This document shows, in pieces, positions 1-9,585 of a stretch of DNA of 64,000 bases. Position 1 is the first letter of the stretch, and each line of letters opens with the position of its first letter. The position numbers and the translations under genes are program-made. Source of the DNA: Patescibacteria group bacterium (GTDB taxonomy: Bacteria; Patescibacteriota; Patescibacteriia; JAQUQO01); the NCBI GenBank assembly GCA_028716045.1, contig JAQUQO010000001.1, positions 128,942 to 192,941 of the forward strand, in the 5' to 3' direction. Below the pieces are notes generated by a model. That model did not search any database and had not been told where the DNA came from. It saw only the letters and a list, made by a program, of their open reading frames with translations.

Positions 1-120
1 TGTAAGTTTTTTTTCTAATCCTTCGCAGCATTGTTTTCCGGTGTTTTCATTATATTCCATGTTTTCTTCCACACAGTCCGCGGCATTAACTATTATTGGA
101 GATAGAAAAAGAAGTAACAT
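1..120 (-). CDS. partial CDS (N-terminus only; the gene runs off the window start). Hypothetical secreted protein with a signal-peptide-like N-terminus MLLLFLSPIIVNAAD.
   Basis: ATG at 120..118 on the minus strand, with an open frame continuing to position 1. Not in the ORF track because it is truncated. Confidence 0.3.
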   Translation of the reverse strand, partial: MLLLFLSPIIVNAADCVEENMEYNENTGKQCCEGLEKKLT

Positions 121-169
121 CAAAAATACTGTTTTTTTTATTAATAGAAATGAGAGATTATTTTTCATT

Positions 170-1423
170 TTATTCGCTTAGTTGTATTTTATGAAGATTG
201 CCGGTTTGGTAATCGGTAAAAAATAGAAATTTTTGGTCTTGGGAAACCATAATGTCTTTGACCGTGAAAGTTCCGCCATAGGTTTCCGCCAGGAGAGTTT
301 TTATGCCGGTAGCGACGTCAATTTTATAAAGAGTGTCTGCGGTTTGATTTTTGTAATCCGCCACTAAGGCCGCTCCCTTGGGCAGTGATTTGGGGACAGC
401 GCAATAAACAACGTTTTCCTCGGCAAAAACGCATTTATCAGCCCAAGTATTGATATTCAGGGGACGGCGGTTACTGCCGGTTTCATCCCCGCCGATATTG
501 CTGACCCAAAGCTCCGGCTTGGAATCCGAAAGCTGGTTATAGACGCTAAAAAGAAGTTGCTCTCCGGATGGCGCCCAGCGTTCGGCAAAACCGTAGCCCG
601 GAAGCGTCAGAAGTTTGTAATTTTCCTGATTGGGCCCGATGAAATATAATTTTTGTTTGTCAGCGCCGGCACCGTTGGCGTACATCGCCACCATTTGCCG
701 GTTAGGCGACCAATCCACAATGACCTTATCAGCTTCCGTTCCCAATTCTTGAATGGCCTTGGCCTCGGAGCCGTCGCCATTGGCAATTAAGAGCCAGCGG
801 TTGTTAACATCCTCGCCGATACTCTTAGAAGCGATTTCGTCTCCGGTTGGAGAAAAATTAAAATCTGTCCAGTGTTTTGGCAGAGTGATTTGCTGGCCGG
901 TTTTAAAATTAAAAATAACATTAGAGCCGTCGGGATATTCCAACACCGATTTTTCTCTTGTCGGAGACCAGGCGATATCGCTCACGTTATAAAAAGTTTT
1001 ATCGGTAAGCAGGGTTGGTTTTCCTTCCGGAGTGAGGCGATAAAATTTGCCTTCATTTCTATTGTAATAAAGCAAATTGCGGCCGTCAGTATCCAAAGTC
1101 ACTCCGGTAGTCGCATTGGCTACTAAAGTCGTCACTGCCGTCAATCCGCCTTTGGCGGTTTTGGAAACGCCTTCGGGTAATACTTCGGGGGCGGTCAGCG
1201 GCTCGGCGGTTTTTGGCGGGGTTACTTCTTCCGCCGGAACGGTAATCCCTCCCGGCCGTTCTTCTCCCGCCGGCAGCAACCCCGGAGTTACTGTTGGCGG
1301 AGTAGTGACTGGCGGGGGAGTAATTGCCGGCTTTAAAAAGGCCGTGTAAATCAAATATCCAGCCGCGATAACCACCGCGATAAATAAAATTATCAGCGCG
1401 ATTTTTTTCCAATTAAAATTCAT
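170..1423 (-). CDS. TolB-like periplasmic beta-propeller protein. N-terminal TM helix, then a Pro/Thr-rich linker, then a WD40/DPP-IV-like propeller.
   Basis: 417 aa ORF. TM helix at the N-terminus. PTVTPG-rich linker. Repeated beta-propeller-like blocks (DGRNLLYY, DWSPNRQ, WAPSGEQLLF) typical of the TolB C-terminal domain. Confidence 0.55.
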   Translation of the reverse strand: MNFNWKKIALIILFIAVVIAAGYLIYTAFLKPAITPPPVTTPPTVTPGLLPAGEERPGGITVPAEEVTPPKTAEPLTAPEVLPEGVSKTAKGGLTAVTTLVANATTGVTLDTDGRNLLYYNRNEGKFYRLTPEGKPTLLTDKTFYNVSDIAWSPTREKSVLEYPDGSNVIFNFKTGQQITLPKHWTDFNFSPTGDEIASKSIGEDVNNRWLLIANGDGSEAKAIQELGTEADKVIVDWSPNRQMVAMYANGAGADKQKLYFIGPNQENYKLLTLPGYGFAERWAPSGEQLLFSVYNQLSDSKPELWVSNIGGDETGSNRRPLNINTWADKCVFAEENVVYCAVPKSLPKGAALVADYKNQTADTLYKIDVATGIKTLLAETYGGTFTVKDIMVSQDQKFLFFTDYQTGNLHKIQLSE

Positions 1424-1441
1424 ATAATTTATTTTTATTTA

Positions 1442-2059
1442 TTAAAATAGCGTATCAGTTAGAAATTTCTGCATCTGGTCAGAATTACCGTAAAGATATT
1501 CTATGAAGCGGAATGTCAGGTTATTCTTTACTAGGGCGTAAATCAAAGAAAAAATTCCGCAGATTATGACAAGTAAAAAAATATCAATCACAAACATTAA
1601 GAGTATTTCAAAAATGCCGATAGACCCGCTGAACCATTCTTTTTTAAAATCCCCCTTATTTATAAACCATTCGGCCCCAAACGGGCAGAAATATCTTAAT
1701 TTAAAGACACTCACCATAAAAAAATGAAAATTGATGTAGATTGTTCCGACCAGCGTGCCCCAGCCGAGCGCCCCCAATGCCAGCCAGGCCTTAGTTAAAA
1801 GTTGGGCGGTTAATCTTTGGCTAGCCACTGCGGCAACTCCTTCTTTGGTTTTTAAAGATTCTTCAATCAGGCCTTTGTTTTTCTTTGCTTCTTGGCGTAA
1901 CCGAGCCAACATACTTTTCGTTTCTACTGGAGGTGTCGGTGCGTTATCCACGGTTTTTTCTTCCGGAGTTCTTTGACTTGGCGGGAGGTTAAGACCCGAT
2001 TTTCTTTGCCGTTTAAATTCTTTAGCCCAGTTTCTTTGTTCTTCATTGGCGATTGCCAT
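1442..2059 (-). CDS. hypothetical membrane protein
   Basis: 205 aa ORF with several hydrophobic helices in the C-terminal half. Same strand as htpX, immediately downstream of it. Confidence 0.45.
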   Translation of the reverse strand: MAIANEEQRNWAKEFKRQRKSGLNLPPSQRTPEEKTVDNAPTPPVETKSMLARLRQEAKKNKGLIEESLKTKEGVAAVASQRLTAQLLTKAWLALGALGWGTLVGTIYINFHFFMVSVFKLRYFCPFGAEWFINKGDFKKEWFSGSIGIFEILLMFVIDIFLLVIICGIFSLIYALVKNNLTFRFIEYLYGNSDQMQKFLTDTLF

Positions 2060-2066
2060 ATAAATT

Positions 2067-2978
2067 TTAAGCCATTTGTCGAAGGATACTTATCCGTTCT
2101 TCTGTCGGCGGATGGGTGGAAAAAAGTTTGGAAAAATAAGCGCGCGAAGAGCCGAAAGGATTGGCGATGTAAAGATGGGCGGTGGCGTTGTTAGCTCCTT
2201 GAAGCGGAGTTTTGTTCTGCGATATTTTTTCCAGCGCCCGGGCCAGTCCTTCAGGATAGCGGGTGAGAAGCGCTCCGTCGGCGTCCGCCAAAAATTCTCT
2301 TTTGCGCGAGATGGCGAGTTGGATTAGTTTGGCGATTAGAGGCGAGAGTATGGCAAGAATAATGCCGGCGATAAATAAAATGGCGCCGACTTGCCCGCCA
2401 CGGTCGTTATTGTTTTTATGTCCGGAAAATTGGAAACGCACCATCCAGTCAGCCAGTAGCGCGATAATTCCTACTAGCACGATAATAATAGTCATCAGGC
2501 GAATGTCATAATTTTTAATATGCGAGAGTTCATGGGCAATCACTCCTTCCAATTCTTCATTTTCTAATTTTTCTACGATTCCCGTGGTCAGGGCGATGGA
2601 AGCGTGTTCAGGGTCGCGGCCAGTGGCAAAGGCATTGGGAGCGGGGTCGGGGATTAAATATATTTTGGGCGTTTGCAGTCCCGCGGCAATACAAAGATTT
2701 TCCACCAGGCGATAAACGTAGGGATTATCCTGTTTGGCAATCGGCTTGGCGCCGGCGGTCCAAAGAGCCACTTTATCTCCGCCGTAATAGCTTGTTAAAC
2801 TCATCAGCACGGAGATAATAATGGCAATCACCAGCCCGAAATTTCCCAGTTCATAAAGTTGCCCGAAAAACCAGCCAAGGAATAAGATAAAAATTACAAA
2901 AATAATAATCAACAGAGCCGTTTTTCGTTTATTGGAGGTGATTTGGTCGTGCATAGAAACATTAAAGCATAAAAGCAA
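2067..2978 (-). CDS. htpX: M48-family zinc metalloprotease HtpX
   Basis: 303 aa. N-terminal TM helices. HEXXH motif in GVIAHELSHIKNYD. Overall HtpX architecture. Confidence 0.85.
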   Translation of the reverse strand: MLLCFNVSMHDQITSNKRKTALLIIIFVIFILFLGWFFGQLYELGNFGLVIAIIISVLMSLTSYYGGDKVALWTAGAKPIAKQDNPYVYRLVENLCIAAGLQTPKIYLIPDPAPNAFATGRDPEHASIALTTGIVEKLENEELEGVIAHELSHIKNYDIRLMTIIIVLVGIIALLADWMVRFQFSGHKNNNDRGGQVGAILFIAGIILAILSPLIAKLIQLAISRKREFLADADGALLTRYPEGLARALEKISQNKTPLQGANNATAHLYIANPFGSSRAYFSKLFSTHPPTEERISILRQMA

Positions 2979-3026
2979 AAAAACAAGAAAACAAGTTTGC
3001 TTTATTGCTTCTATTATACCAATATC

Positions 3027-3055
3027 TTGACATTTTGTCTAAAATATGCCATAAT
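3027..3055 (+). promoter_or_regulatory. sigma70-type promoter, TTGACA-17-CATAAT
   Basis: ttgaca at 3027-3032, a 17-nt spacer, then cataat at 3050-3055. It lies upstream of the hairpin cluster and the 3305 ORF. Confidence 0.45.
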
Positions 3056-3123
3056 TATTAGATATTGAAAAATGCTCTTTAAAATTAACATTCCTGGCTT
3101 TCTTTAGGTATTAGTTTTTCTAT

Positions 3124-3219
3124 TCTCCCCCTTAGGATAAGGGGGAATAAAAGGGGGTTACGATTCCTTCTTGTTTCTTTCATAACCCCTCCCACCCTCC
3201 CCTTATCTTAAGGGGAGGA
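3124..3219. repeat. cluster of three GC-rich hairpins, CCCCTTA..TAAGGGG type
   Basis: ctccccctta-gga-taagggggaa. gggggtta-N22-taaccccc. ctcccctta-tct-taaggggag. The same hairpin style recurs at eight or more other intergenic sites. Confidence 0.6.
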
Positions 3220-3304
3220 GAAGAATCATAATCAAAACAAGGCCGGGAATGGTTTCTGGCTTGCAAAACATGGTAAGCTCTAAGTCCGCGCATAGGGTGC
3301 GGAT

Positions 3305-4033
3305 ATGGAGTACGCCGAGGAGGTAATAAAGATGAGTAAAAGAGGAAGTGAATTTTTGAAAGGTTTTGGGACAGGTTATGAAATTTTAAAGGTGATTATT
3401 AATGCGGTTTTAGACCGCGGCGGCACGGATGACAACCTGCGGTGTATTATTGCCGAAGGGTCAACTCTCCCGCACCAAATCGCCGAGCTTGTTCTCGGCA
3501 CTGGCAAACAGGAAGTCAAAGAGCAAGGAACTCCACCGCCCAAAAAGTTCTCTATTTGGAAAACCATTAACCTTGGCGTTGGCCCTCGGACTGCTACCGA
3601 GATTATTAAAGATTTTAATAAGATGAGTCCGCGTATGGAGATCAGCGGTTTAGCATCTGCTTTAATTGGTAATCCGTCAGAGTTTTTTGTGGCCTTTAAA
3701 GAGTTAGAAGTGAATCTTGTGATTGTCACTGTTAAAGAGCTTGGTTTTGAAGATGGAGTATGCTCCTATCAAGATATTTGTACTCGCGGTATAAAGATGG
3801 GGTTAACACTTTGCCCTCCAGAAGTAGGACCACAGCTCCGTCGGCAGTATTTTGGTCGGGGATTTCTTTGGATTGCCATGAACCCTATTACTGTCTTCGG
3901 AGGGGATAGTTATATATTTGTAGTCGGCACCAGGGGTGGCGAGCTAGATATTTCTACTTCCGATGCGATTTCTCATAAAAAAGAAAGCTGGGGCCCTAAT
4001 TGTCCATTTGTTTTTATTTGTCTCCAACCGTAG
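3305..4033 (+). CDS. hypothetical protein (start may be the internal ATG at 3332, which has GGAGG upstream)
   Basis: 242 aa ORF with no recognisable motif. An intrinsic terminator follows it. Confidence 0.45.
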   Translation: MEYAEEVIKMSKRGSEFLKGFGTGYEILKVIINAVLDRGGTDDNLRCIIAEGSTLPHQIAELVLGTGKQEVKEQGTPPPKKFSIWKTINLGVGPRTATEIIKDFNKMSPRMEISGLASALIGNPSEFFVAFKELEVNLVIVTVKELGFEDGVCSYQDICTRGIKMGLTLCPPEVGPQLRRQYFGRGFLWIAMNPITVFGGDSYIFVVGTRGGELDISTSDAISHKKESWGPNCPFVFICLQP

Positions 4034-4056
4034 TTACAGTTTATTATCAAACTCAA

Positions 4057-4097
4057 ACCCCTCCGACATTTTATCGGAGGGGTCTTTTATTTTTTTA
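4057..4097 (+). terminator. rho-independent terminator
   Basis: aacccctccga-cattttat-cggaggggt followed by a T-run. Confidence 0.55.
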
Positions 4098-4126
4098 TAT
4101 TGTTTTAATGTTTTTGTGTTCTCGTG

Positions 4127-4678
4127 TTAAAATGCCACTCGCGGCAATTCCTTTTCTCCCTCAGCCGCTTCAAAAAATTCTTTGGCTTTGAAGCCGAGCA
4201 TTCCTGCTACCATGTTGGCGGGAAATTTTTGCAGTTTGGTGTTAAAGATGCGGACGTTGTTGTTATAGAATCTTCGCGCTGCCTGGATTTTATCTTCAGC
4301 GTCAGTCAGTTCATCTTGTAAACGCATAAAATTATTTGAGGCCTTAAGGTCAGGATAGGCCTCGGCCACGGCAAATAAAGATTTTAAAGTGTTGGAAAGC
4401 ATGTTTTCCGCCTGGGCGTGTTCTTCCATGGTTTTGGCCCCCATAGCCGCGGCGCGGGCGGTAGTCACTTTTTCAAAAACCGAGGACTCGTGCTTAGCAT
4501 AGGCCTTCACAGTTTCCACTAAATTTGGAATCAGGTTATAACGCCTTTTCAGCTGGACATCAATGTCTGACCAGGCCTCATCAGCTTGATTGCGGCGGCT
4601 GATAAGCCCGTTGTAGGTAAAAATGAGCCAAACGATTATTAGAGCCAAAAGCCCTAAAAGCGCGTAAATAATTTCCAT
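4127..4678 (-). CDS. lemA: LemA family membrane protein
   Basis: 183 aa. N-terminal TM helix. The LemA signature region NGLISRRNQADEAWSDIDVQLKRRYNLIPNLVETVK. Confidence 0.8.
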   Translation of the reverse strand: MEIIYALLGLLALIIVWLIFTYNGLISRRNQADEAWSDIDVQLKRRYNLIPNLVETVKAYAKHESSVFEKVTTARAAAMGAKTMEEHAQAENMLSNTLKSLFAVAEAYPDLKASNNFMRLQDELTDAEDKIQAARRFYNNNVRIFNTKLQKFPANMVAGMLGFKAKEFFEAAEGEKELPRVAF

Positions 4679-4805
4679 AAATTTTCTTTTTTAACCCTCA
4701 ATTTGGGGGATTATTTATATTGATTAAATTAGCGATTTAATATAAAATAAAAATAAGCATTTCTTATTTAAATTATAAGTAAAAATCGGTTAAAAGTCAA
4801 TTTAT

Positions 4806-6158
4806 ATGAGTAAGATTAGCAAGGCCATTTTTAAGGCCTATGACATCAGGGGGATTTGCCCGACAGAAATCAATCCGGAAGTGGCTAAAAGGGTCGGCCA
4901 GGCCGTGGTGGAGTTTACCAAAGCCAAAATCGTGGTGGTGGGCAGGGACGCTCGGGAAAGCAGTGAAGAACTTAGCCGCGCTGTGGTTGAAGGCGTAATT
5001 TCTATGGGCGCGGACGTGGTGGATATCGGACTTTGTTCCACCCCGATTTTTAATTTTGCGGTAGCCGAGAACATCGATTTTGAGGCCGGAATTATGGTGA
5101 CAGCTTCGCACAATCCCGCAGAATACAATGGGTTTAAAATGGATTTTAATGATGGATTGCCTGTGAGTAGGGGCGCGGGGATGGAAGAAATTAAAAATTT
5201 GGTATCGGTCGGCAATTTTAAGGAAGCTCCTAAAAAGGGGGCGGTAAAGGAGCGGGATTATCTTTTGGAATATCTGGAGAGAGTTTTTACCTTAGTTGAT
5301 AAAAATGAAATAAAAAAATTAAAAGTAGTGGTTGATACAGGAAACGGCATGGGAGGTTTAACAATGTCAAAAGTTTTTGAAAGAATACCGCCGGAGCTCG
5401 TGCCTCTTTATTTTGAACTTGATGGCACTTTCCCTAATCACGAAGCCAATCCTTTGAAAGAGGAAAATTTAGTCGCTTTAAAAGAAAAAGTTTTAGCAGT
5501 TGGCGCTGATTTAGGAGTGGCTTTTGACGGCGATGCCGACCGGGTTGGTTTTATTGATGAAAAAGGAGAAACGATTTCCGGCGACCTTATCACCGCTCTT
5601 ATTGCCCAAGAATTACTAAGAATAAAGGGGAGCGGGAGAGTATTATATGATTTGCGTTCCAGTAATATTGTTTCCGAAGTAGTTAAAGCGGCGGGAGGAG
5701 AACCGGAGATGTGCGCCGTGGGGCATGCGACTATTAAAAAAATAATGGCAGAAAAAAAGGCGCTTTTTGCCGGCGAGCTTTCTTCTCATTTTTATTATCG
5801 CGATTTTTATAATGTGGAATCAGGGGACTTAACCCTACTTCTTGTTTTATCGCTTCTTTCGCGTTCCGGAGGAAAAATGTCAGCCCTGGCAGCCCCGCTT
5901 AAAAAGTATTTCCAGTCAGGAGAAATTAATTCCGAAGTGGAGAATAAAGAAGAGATAATGAAAAAATTGGAAGAAATTTACGGCCTAAAAGCAAAAAGTA
6001 TTTCCCATATTGACGGAATTAGGATTGATTTGGATGGCTGGTGGTTTAATGTCCGGCCCTCCAATACCGAACCGTTGCTACGCCTTAATTTAGAAGCGGA
6101 AACTAAGGAGATAATGGAAGAAAAAAGGGATGAAATCTTAAATGTCATAAAGGGGTAA
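4806..6158 (+). CDS. phosphoglucomutase/phosphomannomutase (alpha-D-phosphohexomutase family)
   Basis: 450 aa. Active-site TASHNPAEYNGFK. Mg-binding FDGDADR. Overall four-domain length. Confidence 0.85.
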   Translation: MSKISKAIFKAYDIRGICPTEINPEVAKRVGQAVVEFTKAKIVVVGRDARESSEELSRAVVEGVISMGADVVDIGLCSTPIFNFAVAENIDFEAGIMVTASHNPAEYNGFKMDFNDGLPVSRGAGMEEIKNLVSVGNFKEAPKKGAVKERDYLLEYLERVFTLVDKNEIKKLKVVVDTGNGMGGLTMSKVFERIPPELVPLYFELDGTFPNHEANPLKEENLVALKEKVLAVGADLGVAFDGDADRVGFIDEKGETISGDLITALIAQELLRIKGSGRVLYDLRSSNIVSEVVKAAGGEPEMCAVGHATIKKIMAEKKALFAGELSSHFYYRDFYNVESGDLTLLLVLSLLSRSGGKMSALAAPLKKYFQSGEINSEVENKEEIMKKLEEIYGLKAKSISHIDGIRIDLDGWWFNVRPSNTEPLLRLNLEAETKEIMEEKRDEILNVIKG

Positions 6159-6161
6159 TTT

Positions 6162-6950
6162 ATGGTCGGTATATTTGACTCTGGCATCGGCGGGCTTACA
6201 GTCGTCCGGGAACTGCAAAAAAAACTCCCCAAATACGATTTAATATATTTTGGCGATACAGCGCGCACTCCCTATGGCACCAAAAGTAAAGAAACCATTG
6301 TTAAATACGCTTTGGAGGATGCGCAAATTTTACTTAATAGGGGAGCGAAAGTGATAATTATTGCCTGTAATACTGCCTCGGCCGTGGCTTATGAGACCTT
6401 GAAAGAAAAATTCAAAGTACCGGTTTTTGAAGTGATTACGCCGGCAGTCAGGCGGGCCTTGGAATTAACGCAGAACAAGAGAATCGGCGTGATTGGCACG
6501 ACTGCCACTATCAATAGCAGTATTTACGAAAAGTTGCTTAAAGAGGGCAGAGAAAAAATAGAGGTTTTTTCCGCCGCTTGCCCGCTCCTTGTGCCTTTGG
6601 TTGAGGAAGGGTGGCTGGATACTCGCGAGACCAAAATGATAGTAAAAAAATATCTGCATCCTTTGCGGACGAAGAGCGTTGGTACCTTGATTCTGGGCTG
6701 TACGCATTACCCGTTGCTTAAAAAAATAATTCAGCCGCGGATTGGCAAGCGGGTTAATCTCGTGGATTCAGCCGAAGAGGTGGTTAAAGAATTCCAGCAA
6801 TTTTTAAAAGATAATCCTAAAATAGACGCTGAATTAAGTAAAACCAGCCAAGCGAAGTATTTAGCTTCAGATGTTTCGGCTCGTTTTCAAAATATCGCCG
6901 AAAAGTGGCTTAGTAAAAAAGTGGAGTTGGAGCGGGTTGATGTTCTTTGA
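6162..6950 (+). CDS. murI: glutamate racemase
   Basis: 262 aa. The motifs FDSGIGGLTV, IACNTAS and LGCTHYP are characteristic of MurI. Confidence 0.85.
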   Translation: MVGIFDSGIGGLTVVRELQKKLPKYDLIYFGDTARTPYGTKSKETIVKYALEDAQILLNRGAKVIIIACNTASAVAYETLKEKFKVPVFEVITPAVRRALELTQNKRIGVIGTTATINSSIYEKLLKEGREKIEVFSAACPLLVPLVEEGWLDTRETKMIVKKYLHPLRTKSVGTLILGCTHYPLLKKIIQPRIGKRVNLVDSAEEVVKEFQQFLKDNPKIDAELSKTSQAKYLASDVSARFQNIAEKWLSKKVELERVDVL

Positions 6951-7007
6951 TTAAAAAAGAAAAGCGCCCGATGAGTCGAGCGCTGGGAGATATTGAAAAA
7001 AAGAGTT

Positions 7008-7247
7008 TTACGAACGTTTGATGAAGTGGTGACTGTTGGCGGGATACTCCGTATCTTTTTCATATCCTTCATTCTTTAAGAACCATTCCATAATTTTCAA
7101 TGCTGCGTCGGCATCTTTCTCGTTAAAAAATATTTCCTCGACGGCATCCTCGCCATTACCCTCACCATTTTTATATACTTTAAACATCCATATTACTAAA
7201 AGGCCAATATCCATTTCGGAAATTACGAGATGTAACCTTTTTTCCAT
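7008..7247 (-). CDS. hypothetical small acidic protein
   Basis: 79 aa ORF directly downstream of a near-consensus promoter. Confidence 0.4.
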   Translation of the reverse strand: MEKRLHLVISEMDIGLLVIWMFKVYKNGEGNGEDAVEEIFFNEKDADAALKIMEWFLKNEGYEKDTEYPANSHHFIKRS

Positions 7248-7306
7248 TGTTTTTCCTCCTTTTTATGGTTTAAAAGTTAAATTTTATTATTCTAAATTAA
7301 TATAAT

Positions 7307-7335
7307 ATAATACCATATTTTAACAATTTTGTCAA
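7307..7335 (-). promoter_or_regulatory. sigma70 promoter, TTGACA-17-TATTAT. The -35 box and spacer are identical to the promoter at 20079-20107.
   Basis: Minus-strand read: cttgacaaaattgttaaaatatggtattat. It shares the 22-mer atattttaacaattttgtcaag with the locus at 20085. Confidence 0.55.
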
Positions 7336-7363
7336 GTAGAGACGCGATTAATCGCGTCTCTAC
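7336..7363. promoter_or_regulatory. perfect 28-bp palindrome directly abutting the -35 box
   Basis: gtagagacgcgattaatcgcgtctctac is its own reverse complement. It may be a regulator site or an insulator hairpin. Confidence 0.4.
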
Positions 7364-7381
7364 GCAAATTAAAATTTTTAC

Positions 7382-8491
7382 ATGTTTTACACCATTATCA
7401 TCTTTATCGCGGTTTTAAGCATCTTAGTTTTAGCCCATGAATTTGGGCATTTTATTGTTGCCAAAAAACGAGGCGTGAAAGTGGAAGAATTTGGCGTCGG
7501 TTTCCCGCCGCGCTTATGGGGCATTAAAAGAGGCGAGACGATTTATTCTATCAATTGGGTGCCGCTCGGCGGATTTGTGAAATTAAAAGGCGAAGGCGGT
7601 GAGGACACGGAAGATTTGGATAGTTTTGCTCATAAGAAAATTTGGGAACGCAGTTTAATTATCAGCGCCGGAGTTATAATGAACATCTTGCTTGCCGCTC
7701 TGCTTTTGGGTATCGGGTTCATTTTTGGCATCCCGCAGGCGATTGATGAAAATTTGCCGTCTTACGCCAAAGTCAGTGACCAAAAAATTAACATTATGGA
7801 AGTTATTGACGGTTATCCGGCTAAGGCGGCGGAGATAGAACTCGGAGATGTAGTTTCATCTATTGATGGCAATGAATACAAAAAAATCACGGAGATGCAA
7901 AATTATTTGGCTGATAAAAACGGTCAGCCGGTTATTTTTAAAATTCAACGGGGCGAAGAAGTGATGGAAAAAGAAATTGCGCCAGTAATATTGGAAGAGG
8001 GTTACGCGGGAATCGGAGTGGGGCTGGTGGAAAGCGGCAAAATTTCTTATCCTTGGCATTTGGCCTTTTGGGAAGGCCTGAAGGCGACCATTATATTGTT
8101 GAAGGCGATAATCTTAGCTTTTTACGAATTGTTTAAAAATTTAATTTTAGGTTACGGTTTAACGGCGGAATTATCCGGACCCGTGGGGATAGCGGTGGTG
8201 ACCGGCAAAGTGGCGCGGATGGGCATTTTACATTTATTGCAGTTTACTGCCATTCTTTCCGTGAATTTAGCGATTATTAATTTTTTACCGTTTCCCGCGT
8301 TGGACGGCGGCAGATTTTTATTTTTAATCATAGAAAAAATCCGCCGCAAACCAGTTAATCAAAAAATAGAAAATTTTGTGCATAACACCGGCTTTCTCCT
8401 CTTGATGCTTCTTGTGATAATTGTCACTTATCAGGACATCGTCAGATTCGGCGGAAAATTCTTGGAAATTTGGCAGAAGATTATTAATTAG
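7382..8491 (+). CDS. rseP: RIP metalloprotease RseP (site-2 protease, M50 family) with a PDZ domain
   Basis: 369 aa. HEFGHFIVAKKRG (HExxH). A PDZ-like central region. NFLPFPALDGGR (LDG motif). Confidence 0.85.
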   Translation: MFYTIIIFIAVLSILVLAHEFGHFIVAKKRGVKVEEFGVGFPPRLWGIKRGETIYSINWVPLGGFVKLKGEGGEDTEDLDSFAHKKIWERSLIISAGVIMNILLAALLLGIGFIFGIPQAIDENLPSYAKVSDQKINIMEVIDGYPAKAAEIELGDVVSSIDGNEYKKITEMQNYLADKNGQPVIFKIQRGEEVMEKEIAPVILEEGYAGIGVGLVESGKISYPWHLAFWEGLKATIILLKAIILAFYELFKNLILGYGLTAELSGPVGIAVVTGKVARMGILHLLQFTAILSVNLAIINFLPFPALDGGRFLFLIIEKIRRKPVNQKIENFVHNTGFLLLMLLVIIVTYQDIVRFGGKFLEIWQKIIN

Positions 8492-8555
8492 TTTTAGCCC
8501 CTTTCATTAGAGCGTTAAATTTGTTAAAATATTAGCGGTTAACTCCTATTACCTT

Positions 8556-9581
8556 ATGAAGGAAAAATTACAAAATCTTAAAGATTCGGCGAACAAAGAA
8601 ATCCTTGGTTGCAGGAATTTGGATTCTTTGCGCGAGCTGGAAATAAAATATCTTGGACGGAAAGGCGAACTCACGCAAGTCCTGCGCGGCTTGGGAGGGT
8701 TATCTATTGAAGAAAAAAAAGAAACAGGGCCTTTGGCTAATGAGGTTAAGATATTTATTACCAAGCTATTGGCGGAAAAAGAGCGGGGGCTTCAAGATGA
8801 AAGTTTTAAGGAGGAGTTGGGGAAAGAAGCCGTGGATATCACGGAACCCGGACGAGGGAGAGAATTTGGGCATTTGCATCCCAACACCACTATTCAATAC
8901 GGTCTGGAAGATTTTTTTAAATCTTTGGGGTTTATGGTTTTAGACGGGCCGGAGTTGGAATCGGATTTCTATAATTTTACCGCTGTCAATATCCCGCCCG
9001 GACATCCGGCGAGAGATATGCAGGATACTTTTTATATCAATGGTCACCCCGATTGGGTAATGAGAACTCATACTTCCCCGGTTCAGGTGCGGGCAATGGA
9101 GAAATACGGCGCGCCCCTGCGGATGATTGTGCCGGGGAAATGCTTTCGCAACGAGAATACTGACGTGCGCCATGAGCACACTTTTTACCAGCTGGAAGGA
9201 GTGATGATAGATAAAAATATAAGCTTTAATCATTTGAAGGGGATGGTGGAGGCAGTGGCAAGATATTTATACGGCGATGACACCAAGGTTCGTTTGCGTC
9301 CGAAATTTTATCCTTTTGTGGAGCCGGGAGTGAACGGCGAAGTGAGTTGTTTCTTGTGCAAAGGCAAGGGTTGCCGTTTATGCAAAAATACCGGCTGGCT
9401 GGAGATTTTTGGCGCCGGCATGATTCACCCCAATGTTTTAAAGGCCGGCAAAATAGATTATAAAAAATATCGGGGATTTGCTTTTGGTTTTGGTTTGACG
9501 CGCCTGGTGATGCTTAAATACGACATTGAAGACGTGCGACTTTTGGAAAGCGGCGATTTAAGATTCTTAAGACAATTTTAA
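8556..9581 (+). CDS. pheS: phenylalanine--tRNA ligase alpha subunit
   Basis: 341 aa. Class II motifs (FRNE, GAGMIHPNVL) and the C-terminal GFAFGFGLTRL. Confidence 0.9.
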   Translation: MKEKLQNLKDSANKEILGCRNLDSLRELEIKYLGRKGELTQVLRGLGGLSIEEKKETGPLANEVKIFITKLLAEKERGLQDESFKEELGKEAVDITEPGRGREFGHLHPNTTIQYGLEDFFKSLGFMVLDGPELESDFYNFTAVNIPPGHPARDMQDTFYINGHPDWVMRTHTSPVQVRAMEKYGAPLRMIVPGKCFRNENTDVRHEHTFYQLEGVMIDKNISFNHLKGMVEAVARYLYGDDTKVRLRPKFYPFVEPGVNGEVSCFLCKGKGCRLCKNTGWLEIFGAGMIHPNVLKAGKIDYKKYRGFAFGFGLTRLVMLKYDIEDVRLLESGDLRFLRQF

Positions 9582-9585
9582 TATT

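Noticed and set aside
753-1412. Cluster of internal ORFs on both strands inside the TolB-like gene (753-992, 872-1126, 1077-1349, 1086-1412)
   Set aside because: They overlap a long, well-supported ORF. The Pro/Gly/Ala-rich translations are typical of alternate frames of a GC-richer coding region.
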